Positions 1-8,714 of a DNA stretch of 55,952 bases are shown here, in pieces. A program made the translations under genes and the position numbers. Positions within the stretch are counted from its first letter, which is position 1. Every line of letters begins with the position of its first letter. Origin of the DNA: a virus (lineage: Duplodnaviria; Caudoviricetes); the IMG/VR virus record IMGVR_UViG_3300032117_000033, positions 1-55,952 of that record; one strand, written 5' to 3'. The notes under the pieces are model-generated. The model was not told the origin of the DNA. It was given only the letters and a program-made list of their open reading frames with translations, and searched no databases.

Positions 1-113
1 CCGTGAGTGGCTCGAACAGGCATCAATGTATGTCTGTGCCAAGCCGCAGCTTACCTCGGACGATTGGCTCAACCTCGCCATCAAGGCCGAGGCCGATGGG
101 CGCCAGCATATCG
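1..113. repeat. Terminal direct repeat, left copy (circularisation overlap)
   Basis: 1-113 is identical to 55827-55939 (ccgtgagtggctcgaacagg...cagcatatcg). Confidence 0.95.
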
Positions 114-251
114 CCGAGGACTTTATGATGGCCGCGATGGCCTCGGAACTGGAAGAACTCGACCGCTAACAGACCAACGCAAGCGCCAGGCGTGGAACTG
201 GCGCAAGTTCTTTTATTCCAGCTCCTTGGACAGGGGCTGGACTGGAAGGAA

Positions 252-473
252 CTATTCCGTGAACACCGGCGCTGCCGCCTTCTTGGCGGTCGGATTCACG
301 TCGATGGACCGTGGCTTGGGTTTCATCCTCAGGATCCTCTTTCTCTCCTCCAGCGTGTTCCAAGCGCTGGTCAGGGCGGCCAGGTCCTTGTGCGAGAGTT
401 TGTCGTCGTTCATGTGAACCAAAATCCTCTTCTGGATCTGGCAAGCTATGGAGTAGTTTGGTGTCCACTTCAT
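252..473 (-). CDS. Small hypothetical protein (MKWTPNYSIACQIQKRIL...); lone minus-strand gene in the early arm, possible terminase small subunit
   Basis: ATG at 473 directly follows TTGACA-16-CAGAAT-6. Helical, basic C-terminus. The function is a guess. Confidence 0.6.
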   Translation of the reverse strand: MKWTPNYSIACQIQKRILVHMNDDKLSHKDLAALTSAWNTLEERKRILRMKPKPRSIDVNPTAKKAAAPVFTE

Positions 474-507
474 GGACAAATTCTGGTCCACTTTTAGGGT
501 CTGTCAA
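474..507 (-). promoter_or_regulatory. Sigma70-like promoter, probably leaderless
   Basis: TTGACA (507-502), 16-nt spacer, CAGAAT, 6 nt, then ATG. Confidence 0.6.
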
Positions 508-602
508 CATCTAGCTAGTGGGGGCACGTGGAAGGGGAAGCGCTTTCTTCAATTTCACTGAGCAAACCGTGGAGTCGTGACCCACAAAACCAAAGGACAG
601 AC

Positions 603-734
603 ATGCAGATCATATTCCCCAGGTTCTTCAGCCTCTACGCCGCGCTGGCGTGGCTGGAGAACCGCAACATTCGTCTCCGGGTCATGCGGATTGGACGCGA
701 CCGCGCCCGGAGATTCATCACGGAGGCGCCATGA
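603..734 (+). CDS. Small hypothetical protein (MQIIFPRFF...)
   Basis: AAGGACAG at 593-600 before ATG 603. Stop overlaps the next ATG (ATGA). Confidence 0.6.
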   Translation: MQIIFPRFFSLYAALAWLENRNIRLRVMRIGRDRARRFITEAP

Positions 735-958
735 CCCAGGCCGAGTATCAAGCGCTCCTGGACCTGCTCAAGCGCTTCCAGGATGACGAGCTGGATCGGC
801 TCAACTCCCGGCCCCGGGGAGAGATTTACCTCTTCTTCGTGAACCAGGAGCTCCTCGCCCCCTTGAGCCAGATCATCGCCCTCCTGGTGGTGCGGCTGGA
901 CCAGACCAAGCTGGTGGACTGCAAGCTCACCAACTACGGACAGGAGAATCAACCGTGA
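731..958 (+). CDS. Hypothetical protein (MTQAEYQALL...)
   Basis: GGAGG upstream; coupled at both ends. Confidence 0.65.
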   Translation: MTQAEYQALLDLLKRFQDDELDRLNSRPRGEIYLFFVNQELLAPLSQIIALLVVRLDQTKLVDCKLTNYGQENQP

Positions 959-1191
959 GCGCTGCCCAGTTATCGCCCGAGCGCAGGCTGATCATCCTCT
1001 CCCTGCTGCTTCATCGTATGCTGCTGCGGTTCCCGGACGAGGACTCGGTTTTACGGGTCATCATCGAGTCCTTCGATGAGGGAGTCTGCCAGGGGATCGG
1101 GTTCGAAGAGTTCATGGCGGTCTCCCGGACCGTGATGGACGGGTATCAAAAACAACGCGCAAGCAACCCCATCGCGGGGATGTTTGCCTGA
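955..1191 (+). CDS. Hypothetical protein
   Basis: GTG start overlapping the previous stop; AGGAG upstream. Confidence 0.65.
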   Translation: MSAAQLSPERRLIILSLLLHRMLLRFPDEDSVLRVIIESFDEGVCQGIGFEEFMAVSRTVMDGYQKQRASNPIAGMFA

Positions 1192-1325
1192 TAGTCGGAA
1201 CCTGGGCCTGGACAGCTACGGGCTCAGAGTCCGGCCATCATTGTGGTGGTTCGGAAACACAACGGGAGAGTGCGACTCCTTAACGGGGCCAGAAACCCCT
1301 CGCACACGTTAGTAACAAGGACAGT

Positions 1326-1850
1326 ATGAGTAAGTTAATCGTAGCTCAGGTACTCGAGAAGGCTCGGTATGACGTAAATCGGGTTGCCAACGAAGCGAAG
1401 CTTCCGCCTCAGTTCAAGCGGATCAGCGACGCGTTCCAGAACAACCCCAACCTCCAGAACCAGGAAGGCCTGGCGGATCTGTGCGGATTGATCACGGGAT
1501 ATCGCCCCCGCGCGATGTTCTCCAAGATCGCTCCGTTCCAGGTCTTCGCGGTCATGTCCAAGGCCGAACAGCGCGTCACGAAGTTTGCGATCTGCATGAT
1601 CGCCAGCTCCGGGAGCGCCTACGGGTGCAGCTCCCTCAGCGAGAACAACGTGCCCTTCACGGTGGACACCTGCCGTTTGGCCACGCCGGAGGAAGCGACC
1701 GCGTTCATCGAGAGCGAAGTCGCCAGTTGGGAAGACAACGCGTTGCTCACTTGGATCAACGCCAAGCTGGGCTCCAACTACTTCCAGGTCTTCTTCAATG
1801 AATTGGAGCGGACCATTCCCACGGAAGTCACTGACCGCAAGGCCAGGTAA
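1326..1850 (+). CDS. Hypothetical protein, first gene of the Ubl operon region
   Basis: 174-aa ORF with AAGGACAG 1 nt before the ATG. Confidence 0.8.
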   Translation: MSKLIVAQVLEKARYDVNRVANEAKLPPQFKRISDAFQNNPNLQNQEGLADLCGLITGYRPRAMFSKIAPFQVFAVMSKAEQRVTKFAICMIASSGSAYGCSSLSENNVPFTVDTCRLATPEEATAFIESEVASWEDNALLTWINAKLGSNYFQVFFNELERTIPTEVTDRKAR

Positions 1851-1889
1851 TCGGGACCTTAAACATCAACTCGGTAATCGAATACCGGT

Positions 1890-2150
1890 ATGAAGCGTTT
1901 CAAAGTCCGTTATGGGTCCAACGTGAAGATCTACGATCTTCCCCAGGACACAACCATCGGGGACATTAAGTGCTCCGATATCATCCGGGCGGATCTCGGA
2001 TTCGGCGACAATGTCAACATCCTGTACAATGGTGTTGCGCTCCCGGACTCCGCGATCGCGCCGGAGTTCATCGAGCCGTTCGGCGGGGGCAGCCCCTTCA
2101 CCGGCAGCATTGTTGTGGAAACCGCCTGCAACAAGAAGGAACAGAACTAA
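1890..2150 (+). CDS. Ubiquitin-like beta-grasp protein (prokaryotic Ub / PRTRC protein C-like)
   Basis: 86 aa with a strand-strand-helix-strand pattern (FKVRY, VKIYDL, TTIGDI, VNILYNGVAL, IVVETA). Lies immediately upstream of E2, E1 and JAB genes. Confidence 0.75.
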   Translation: MKRFKVRYGSNVKIYDLPQDTTIGDIKCSDIIRADLGFGDNVNILYNGVALPDSAIAPEFIEPFGGGSPFTGSIVVETACNKKEQN

Positions 2151-2177
2151 TCCCGGCCGGGATTAGTTAGCTAATCC

Positions 2178-2219
2178 GTGGGGGTGGGGCGATTCGTCGC
2201 TCTGCCCCCACACTTTTTT
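2178..2219 (+). terminator. Intrinsic terminator or attenuator between Ubl and E2
   Basis: 15-bp stem GTGGGGGTGGGGCGA-TTCG-TCGCTCTGCCCCCAC followed by ACTTTTTT. Confidence 0.7.
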
Positions 2220-2231
2220 AAGGACAGAATT

Positions 2232-2939
2232 ATGGCAACAACACAGTATGTATTCCAGCCCGACGGCAAGCTGTTCCGCGAGGACATTACCCGCCGGGAG
2301 ATTGGAATCACCCCCCAGATCGCCCGGGCGATGAGTGGGGACGTGTCGGCCCGCGCGAACGCGATCGCCCAGCATGAACGCTGGGGCCAGTTCAACGTCC
2401 AGGTCGAATCCACCGGCGACTGCTGGTGGACCGCCCTGCTTCCCCGCCTCACCATCAAGTGCCCCTGGCGCATGGATGGCGGGAAGTGGACGCCAAACCT
2501 CAACAATCCCGAAGACCCGATCCAGGCGCTGGATTGGATTCCCCCGGACGACATGCGGCTGGTGTTTCTCATGCCGGTCAAATGGAGCCCGGGCAACTGC
2601 ATCGCCGAGAAGGTGGGCCACACCTACCTCTTTGCGTTCGATAACCAAGGAGCCACCTGGCGCCTCCCGCTGGGCAACTTATACGACGAGTGTCGTATCT
2701 GCCTCGGACAGGAGCGGTTCGCCGCTGCCAGCCACATGCAATGTGTGGCGGCCGCTCTGGAACAGTTCGCCAACAGCCAGTGGAACGCGGACCTGTGGCG
2801 CACCCAGGCACAGACTAAAGCCCTGTTCTCCTTCCTGCCCAAGGACAGCGGCTTCGATCAGATCCCGCCCGAGAGACACTGGACATCCTACTGCTCCAAG
2901 GTCGGCAACGCGATCAGCGAGAAGGTGGTGCTCTTATGA
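2232..2939 (+). CDS. Prokaryotic E2 (UBC-like) conjugating enzyme, similar to Prok-E2 family D / PRTRC protein B
   Basis: LPLGNLYDECRICLG matches the UBC (H)PN...G.IC pattern, with candidate catalytic Cys at 2700-2702. Downstream FANSQWNADL. AAGGACAG precedes ATG 2232. Confidence 0.75.
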   Translation: MATTQYVFQPDGKLFREDITRREIGITPQIARAMSGDVSARANAIAQHERWGQFNVQVESTGDCWWTALLPRLTIKCPWRMDGGKWTPNLNNPEDPIQALDWIPPDDMRLVFLMPVKWSPGNCIAEKVGHTYLFAFDNQGATWRLPLGNLYDECRICLGQERFAAASHMQCVAAALEQFANSQWNADLWRTQAQTKALFSFLPKDSGFDQIPPERHWTSYCSKVGNAISEKVVLL

Positions 2940-3235
2940 CTATCTACGAGCTGCTCAATACCTGCCCGGTGCGTGTCTCCCTGGAGGAGAAGATGCTCCA
3001 TGCATTCAAGCAACTGTCGGAGCCAATCCACTGGGCGCTGCACACACGGGACGCGGTGGCGGTAGGGATGATCCACGATCCTAGCGTCGGCACCAAGCTG
3101 TTGACTACGGATCAGTACTCGCAGCTCATGCGCCTGCTCGACACGGCGGTCACCAAGCTGCAAATCGACATGGCCCTGTCGGAAGAACAGTTGGACCTGG
3201 CCAAGGCCATCATTGAAGAAAGCCGCCGACCATGA
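2936..3235 (+). CDS. Hypothetical helical protein within the Ubl operon
   Basis: Translationally coupled to both E2 and E1 by ATGA overlaps. Confidence 0.75.
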   Translation: MTIYELLNTCPVRVSLEEKMLHAFKQLSEPIHWALHTRDAVAVGMIHDPSVGTKLLTTDQYSQLMRLLDTAVTKLQIDMALSEEQLDLAKAIIEESRRP

Positions 3236-3981
3236 GAGTCTTCATCATTGGCGGAGGCGGAGGCGGTAGCTGGCTCCTGCCGTCCATGTGCATGTTAGTG
3301 GGCCGCAAGCACCTGATCATCGTGGATCGGGACAAGCTGACCCAGAAGAACCTCAATCGCCAGCTCTTCACCGAAGAGGACGTTGGCAAGAACAAGGCGG
3401 TGGCCCTGGCAGAACGGTATCACTGCGAGGCGCTGCCGATCTGGTACACGCTCGGGTGCATCGACCTGACCCGGGACGATTGGCTCATCTCCTGCGCGGA
3501 CAATCATCCGTGCCGGTTGGCGATCCTTCGCTCGGTCGATCAGTTCAAGTGCCGCGCGATCATCGCGGCCAACGAGAAGACCAGCTCCGAGGCCTACTTC
3601 TATCGCCGCGACTGGCGGGACACCCCGCTGGATCCGCGCTGTTACTATCCGGACATCGAGACCGATGATACGGATGATCCTTCACGCCCCGAGACCTGCA
3701 CCGGGGAAGCTCAGGTCGCCACACCGCAACTGGTGTCGGCGAATGTCATGGCCATCTCATTGGCCCAATGGCTCTATGTCTTTTGGGGCATGAAGCGCCC
3801 GGGCATGGGGCTCAATGTCGATGAGAGCAACTTCCCGTATCATTACCGGGCCAACATGACCATGTTGGAAACCTTTAGGATCAAAGATGCCAACAAATCC
3901 TTTGAATTGGTGGGAGAACCTGGAACCGAGCCTGAACCCACACCTGATGGCGCATCCGCCGCAGGGGCCGTTTACGCTTGA
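3232..3981 (+). CDS. ThiF/MoeB-family E1-like adenylyltransferase
   Basis: IIGGGGGGSW nucleotide loop, IVDRDKLTQKNLNRQLF..EDVGKNKA, CADNHPCR, and C-terminal PETCT..Q..QL..AN (candidate thioester Cys at 3697-3699). Confidence 0.9.
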   Translation: MRVFIIGGGGGGSWLLPSMCMLVGRKHLIIVDRDKLTQKNLNRQLFTEEDVGKNKAVALAERYHCEALPIWYTLGCIDLTRDDWLISCADNHPCRLAILRSVDQFKCRAIIAANEKTSSEAYFYRRDWRDTPLDPRCYYPDIETDDTDDPSRPETCTGEAQVATPQLVSANVMAISLAQWLYVFWGMKRPGMGLNVDESNFPYHYRANMTMLETFRIKDANKSFELVGEPGTEPEPTPDGASAAGAVYA

Positions 3982-4042
3982 TCCCTACACCCAGTTCATC
4001 AGTGAACGGGAGAGATTAAGACTGGAACAACAGATACAAAAT

Positions 4043-4876
4043 ATGAGCACACAAACAGCACCGATCGCGCCAGATCTGGAAGAAGCGATCAAGCAAGAGA
4101 CACTTCGGCAGTTAAATGCGGAAGAGGCCACTAAGGCCAAGCCGAAGGAAGACAAACCACTCAAATGCCCCAAGTGCGGGGCGTTTGCCGAGCGGGTCCT
4201 GGTCGCCAAAGACAATCGGCTTCCAGGACTTTTTTGCAATAAAGAGGGCTGCGGTTGGACCGCAACTCTCGATGTATTGCCGGTCCGCCTGCGGGAATGG
4301 ACCTACGTGATCCATCAGTCGATCCATGAACTGCTTCGACTGGCACCACTGAATCCGGTTGCCCGGACTCATGTTCACTCCAAGGTGGGGATTCCGATCC
4401 CCCCGGTATGCACCACGCTAGCCCAGATCCTGCAATGGATCGAGACCGTGGAGCTGAAGAAAGGGGTGTTGTCTAGTGACGAAATCCCTTTTAACCTACC
4501 GACGCTTCCTCGATGGGCGCCCACCAATGCCCTGTCGATCGAAGTGGGATACTCGTATCGAGAGTCTGGGAGAGCCAGTTACTCCTGCACACAGTATGGC
4601 TGCCGCAACTACGAACTAGGACGCGACGACATCGCCGAGATGGCGGAAGAGTGCGGCTCGTTATCCGAGTTGGAAACAGTGGTGAAACGGCGGTTCCGGG
4701 CTATGTGCGGTGAAAATCCTCCCAACACCGAGGCCTCTGATTACGACTACAGTGATGAAGAGGCCACGGACAGTGATGACCACGAGACAGAGATCCACGA
4801 GGAGACTCTGAGAACCAAGTTAGCCGAGTGGCTGCGCAACCATTTGCCAGCCGAGTATGACCGATTAAACACATAA
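4043..4876 (+). CDS. Zn-ribbon-containing protein with acidic C-terminus (Ubl operon)
   Basis: CPKC...CNKEGC motif. The start could be as far upstream as 3887. Confidence 0.7.
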   Translation: MSTQTAPIAPDLEEAIKQETLRQLNAEEATKAKPKEDKPLKCPKCGAFAERVLVAKDNRLPGLFCNKEGCGWTATLDVLPVRLREWTYVIHQSIHELLRLAPLNPVARTHVHSKVGIPIPPVCTTLAQILQWIETVELKKGVLSSDEIPFNLPTLPRWAPTNALSIEVGYSYRESGRASYSCTQYGCRNYELGRDDIAEMAEECGSLSELETVVKRRFRAMCGENPPNTEASDYDYSDEEATDSDDHETEIHEETLRTKLAEWLRNHLPAEYDRLNT

Positions 4877-4894
4877 CAGAAAGGACAGTAATAC

Positions 4895-6091
4895 ATGCAG
4901 ACCGTTAAAATGAAGGACGACACAATCAACCAGGTCCTGGAGTTTCCAGGCATTGTGTCGGTCAAGTTAAAACACAAGATCAGCTCCACCGAGCTGGACT
5001 ACGACTACGCGGGGCCCAAGATCCCCTACGAAGAGTGGCACAAAGTTCTGTCATTCTTCCGGTGGACCTACCAGGAGGCTCATAGCGAGAGCCAGGTGAG
5101 GGGATTCATCGATCCAACCACCAACAAGATCCTGTTCTGGGCCTTCCCGCAGGAAGCCGGGACCGGGATGACCACCAAGGAACTGGATGGAGACGAGTTC
5201 AACCAGCAGAGGGCCGCGCTGCCCAATGCCAATGAACTGATCTACTTCTTCACCATTCACCATCACTGCTCGGCGGGAGCGTTCCAGTCGGGCGGCGACA
5301 GCAACAATGAGGAGCGGCCTGGTGGCCGCGCCCATGAGACCGGCCAGGACGGGCTCCACATCACCGTGGGGCTCATGGACAAGGCCCGGCACGACATGCA
5401 TGCCCGGCTCTACCTGAAGGGGGTCAAGATGCAGCCCAGGTTCTCGGACTTCTGGGACATCTCCGACAGCCTGAAGGTCATGCTGCCCAATACGCTGCAT
5501 GACAACGTGGCCTACTACCAGATGACCGAGAAGGTGGAGTTGGAGTTCCCCCAGAAGTGGAAGGACAACTACATCAAGGTGGAGCGCAAGGTCACGACCT
5601 ACGTCACGCCCGACTATTACGGAGGGGGGTATTCTGGCTACACCAGTGGCAAAAGCCTCACGGAAAGAATCGAGGCGTCGGCGGCGGAAGTGGTGGAGAC
5701 GCTGATGGACAATCCGAAGTTCGACGTGCCCATCGAGATCCTCCAGCAGGTGCTGGATTTCTTGCAGGAGTCTCCCATTATCGATGAGATCCTGGATGAG
5801 GCCATGAAGGAGCGCTACGACGCCATCGACATCCGGTCGCTGGTGAAGAACATGGAAACGATCGCCGACGACTGGGTGGAGATCGAGGCCGAACGGGCCC
5901 TGGCCATCGAGAAAGGGGAAAAGGTTGACATAGCTGTCAAACGGGGCAAACGTAAGAAGAATGGCAAAGGCACCATCGTGGCCGGTAACGAATCCGATCA
6001 ACCGAAGTCGGTGGCGGATCAGCAGGCGCAGCAGGCTCGAGAGCCTGACAAGGAATCAAGCCCCCTTGGAGCCAATGCGGCTTGGGATTAG
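4895..6091 (+). CDS. JAB/MPN+ metallopeptidase (deubiquitinase-like; PRTRC protein A-like) with C-terminal extension
   Basis: N-terminal Glu (HSESQ), FPQE, TIHHHCSAGAFQSGGD (HxH-x7-S-x2-D) and GLHITVG. AAGGACAG upstream. Confidence 0.85.
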   Translation: MQTVKMKDDTINQVLEFPGIVSVKLKHKISSTELDYDYAGPKIPYEEWHKVLSFFRWTYQEAHSESQVRGFIDPTTNKILFWAFPQEAGTGMTTKELDGDEFNQQRAALPNANELIYFFTIHHHCSAGAFQSGGDSNNEERPGGRAHETGQDGLHITVGLMDKARHDMHARLYLKGVKMQPRFSDFWDISDSLKVMLPNTLHDNVAYYQMTEKVELEFPQKWKDNYIKVERKVTTYVTPDYYGGGYSGYTSGKSLTERIEASAAEVVETLMDNPKFDVPIEILQQVLDFLQESPIIDEILDEAMKERYDAIDIRSLVKNMETIADDWVEIEAERALAIEKGEKVDIAVKRGKRKKNGKGTIVAGNESDQPKSVADQQAQQAREPDKESSPLGANAAWD

Positions 6092-6144
6092 CTAAACAAA
6101 CGGGGGCCCCACCAAGGGCCCCCAAGAAACAAGGACAGTAACCT

Positions 6145-6552
6145 ATGACGAAACGTAAATGCGAAGTGTGCGGTTGGCAAACTGAATTTGCCAAAACCGC
6201 AGCGATAGCCAACCGAGCGTTGGGCTATCACAAGTTCAAGCAGCACGGCATCCGGGGTATGGATGGCCGGGTCCGCTACCTGGTCTACTCCAAGGGCATG
6301 ACCCCGGAGCAGGCCAAGGCGGCCGTGGCAGCCAAGGATGCCGGAGTTCCCACAATGCCTAGTGTTCTGTCTGCCGTTGAGGCAAAGAAGAAGCACCGGC
6401 AGGAATACGGTCGGATGTACCGTGAGAAGCAGAAGCTTCTAAAACAAAAACAACAGAACCCGGTCAGCAACGGCACGGGGGCCATTCCGGCCTACCTGCC
6501 GTTCTGTCCTAAATGTCAGACAAGGTTCTGGATGTGCGTTGGTGAACAGTAA
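6145..6552 (+). CDS. Zn-finger-containing basic protein
   Basis: CEVC...HKFKQH (C2H2-like) and C-terminal CPKC. AAGGACAG upstream. Confidence 0.7.
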   Translation: MTKRKCEVCGWQTEFAKTAAIANRALGYHKFKQHGIRGMDGRVRYLVYSKGMTPEQAKAAVAAKDAGVPTMPSVLSAVEAKKKHRQEYGRMYREKQKLLKQKQQNPVSNGTGAIPAYLPFCPKCQTRFWMCVGEQ

Positions 6553-6577
6553 AACTAAATAAGAAAGGACAGCAGAC

Positions 6578-6910
6578 ATGCAGAAAAAGTATAAACGAAT
6601 CAACAAAAACATAATAACATTCCAGGCAGGTGATGACTACATCGCCCTCGCTCTGGCAAAGCGGGGGATGTCCAATCGGGCCATCAGGGCCAGAACGTCG
6701 CTGAGCAACAACCAGATCAACTACCGGCTTCACCGTGCCAAAACGGTGGAGGATCTGGATTGGGGATACCGCGTTGCCTTCCGCAACGGGGTGTCGCCGC
6801 TGGCACAGCAGGTGATACGGGACACCGAGGCAGTGGTCCGAGCTGACATCATGCGCAACGTGGTGGAAGTCATTATTCATCCCACGCCAGAAGTGCGGGG
6901 TGCCAAATGA
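6578..6910 (+). CDS. Putative helix-turn-helix DNA-binding protein
   Basis: GMSNRAIRARTSLSNNQINYRL is HTH-like. AAGGACAG upstream. Confidence 0.65.
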   Translation: MQKKYKRINKNIITFQAGDDYIALALAKRGMSNRAIRARTSLSNNQINYRLHRAKTVEDLDWGYRVAFRNGVSPLAQQVIRDTEAVVRADIMRNVVEVIIHPTPEVRGAK

Positions 6911-7083
6911 TCAGCGGTGAACCACCGGTCGAGATGATCACCTGGACCCGGCAGAAGCTCAAAAGGTTCAAGAAGGCGCTCAAGAAGGCCTCCAAGGAAT
7001 CGGTGTTCGAGTTCGAAGGACACCAGTTCGTGGTAGGCTATGGAGAGTACCTGGTTGAGTATCTTGAGGACAAACTGAAATAA
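6907..7083 (+). CDS. Small hypothetical protein (58 aa, MISGEPPVEMITWTRQKLKRFKK...YLVEYLEDKLK)
   Basis: Translated by hand; ATGA-coupled to the upstream gene; below the ORF-track cutoff. Confidence 0.7.
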   Translation: MISGEPPVEMITWTRQKLKRFKKALKKASKESVFEFEGHQFVVGYGEYLVEYLEDKLK

Positions 7084-7174
7084 TCAACAGGCCGGGATGG
7101 CCAGCTAAACACAACCTGCTAGGCGCACGATCTGTCCCGTGCAACATCCCGGCCTATCCTTTGAAAGACAAACT

Positions 7175-8455
7175 ATGACTGAAGAAGAAGAAGCAGAACT
7201 GATTGAAGAACACGAGAACACGGCCATGCCGATCGCAGTTCGATCGCCAGAGCCGGAGAAGCCGCCCATGACAGCGGCTCAAGCGAAGGTCCAGGCCATT
7301 GCGGACCTTACTCACAGCGCCTACCAGAAGGCGTCCACGCTCCAGCTCACCAAGGAGGAGAGCGATGCGTTGCAGGCGGACTTCCCGGACGATGCGTTCT
7401 TCACGGGCGCGGCCGGGAAAGAGAACCTGATCTACATTGCCCACCCGCACTTGCGAGAGCGCCTGACCAAGGTGTTCGGAATGGGGGGATGGGCTTTGAT
7501 CACTCGGTCGCGGTGGGACGTTCCCTTCAAGACCGAGAAGGGTGTGGACGGGACCAACGTCTATGTCGAGGCCATGTTAGTGATCCGCGGTTGCTTCGTA
7601 GCCGAGGCAATCGGGGACATGGCTTACTACCCCAAGAACCAGCAGACCAACTACGGGGATGCGGTGGAGGGGGCGGAGAGCGCAGCCCTCAGGCGGTGCT
7701 GCAAGAAGTTCGGGATCGGACTCCAGGCCTGGAAGAAGGACTGGATCGAGGGATGGTGGCAGAGGCGCCGGGACCCCAAGCAGCCGATGGGCGCCACGCC
7801 AAGGGCCAAGCCCAAGGAAGCCGCACCAGCCCCCAAGCTGCCGACGGAGGCAACCAGGGCCTGGATGATCGCCCAGCTCAACATCGGTCCCGGACAACCG
7901 GCCAGGAAGCTGGCAACCGAGTACTTCGAGAAGATCTCGGCGCTGATCCCGGGGGAACAGGTGGAGGATCTGCCTCTCCAGTTCGTCCCGTTCAGCAAGC
8001 AGGAGCTGGAAGCCCTGGCATCCTGCCTGGCCAACTTTGAGGCTGGCGGGGATGCGGTGAGGGCCTTCGAGCCTCATTATGAGACAAAGGAGAGCAAGCC
8101 TGTCCAGAAACAGGACAAACCCATTGAGGTTCCTCGAGTGAAAGCCGAGGAATCCCAGTCGGGAGATGTGAACGAGTGGTTCATGGACATCGTGGTCCCG
8201 GTGCCTCGGAAGGGGCAGAAGCGGGACGAGTATATGAAGGATCCGGACACGATCCGATCCCTCTACGACGCGCGGCACGACGACGAAGACGCGCGTAAGC
8301 GTCTCTGGGGCTTCGTGAATCACTACGAGCCCAAGGGTTGGGAGAAGAAGGACGGCACCAAGATGCCGCCCGGTGACGCGGACATCAAGTTCCGGGAGGC
8401 GTTAGACGCCTTCAACGACTGGTTCGAGAAGGAGCACCCCGATGAGAGCTTGTAA
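7175..8455 (+). CDS. Rad52/Rad22-superfamily single-strand annealing protein, Mgm101-like
   Basis: YIAHPHLRERLTKVFGMGGW and AVEGAESAALRRCCKKFGIGLQAW match Rad52/Mgm101 motifs. Adjacent to an exonuclease. Confidence 0.8.
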   Translation: MTEEEEAELIEEHENTAMPIAVRSPEPEKPPMTAAQAKVQAIADLTHSAYQKASTLQLTKEESDALQADFPDDAFFTGAAGKENLIYIAHPHLRERLTKVFGMGGWALITRSRWDVPFKTEKGVDGTNVYVEAMLVIRGCFVAEAIGDMAYYPKNQQTNYGDAVEGAESAALRRCCKKFGIGLQAWKKDWIEGWWQRRRDPKQPMGATPRAKPKEAAPAPKLPTEATRAWMIAQLNIGPGQPARKLATEYFEKISALIPGEQVEDLPLQFVPFSKQELEALASCLANFEAGGDAVRAFEPHYETKESKPVQKQDKPIEVPRVKAEESQSGDVNEWFMDIVVPVPRKGQKRDEYMKDPDTIRSLYDARHDDEDARKRLWGFVNHYEPKGWEKKDGTKMPPGDADIKFREALDAFNDWFEKEHPDESL

Positions 8456-8714
8456 TGGCCCACCCTTGCCCCCAGGACATGGTGAATGCCATCAAGGAGG
8501 GGGCTTAACCCCAGCCCAGGTAAAACGGATCAATCAGTGGGGTCAAACGCGTCGTAGGGCTGTAGAACGCTCCTGGCGAGGGGTCTGTAGCCCCAGGACG
8601 GCGATCAAGCTCCAATGCTTGGATTGCTGCGGGGAGGACGAGCGTGCTATAACCGAGTGCGGTGATCGGTGCTGTCCTCTATGGAGGTTCAGGCCGTTTC
8701 AGCGCCAGCAATAG
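8442..8714 (+). CDS. Small Cys-rich phage protein
   Basis: AIKLQCLDCCG...ECGDRCCPLWRFRP motif. Confidence 0.65.
   Translation: MRACNGPPLPPGHGECHQGGGLTPAQVKRINQWGQTRRRAVERSWRGVCSPRTAIKLQCLDCCGEDERAITECGDRCCPLWRFRPFQRQQ

Noticed and set aside
2082-2090. Internal GGG of the Ubl as the mature C-terminus
   Set aside because: Cleavage there would remove the predicted final beta-grasp strand (IVVETA). Not excluded, but structurally unlikely.
1890-6091. Ubl/ThiF/JAB as thiamine or molybdopterin sulfur-transfer genes, or as lambda-type tail assembly proteins I/K
   Set aside because: An E2-like gene is present, no ThiG/MoaE or NlpC partner is seen, and the cluster lies in the early arm of a podovirus-like genome.
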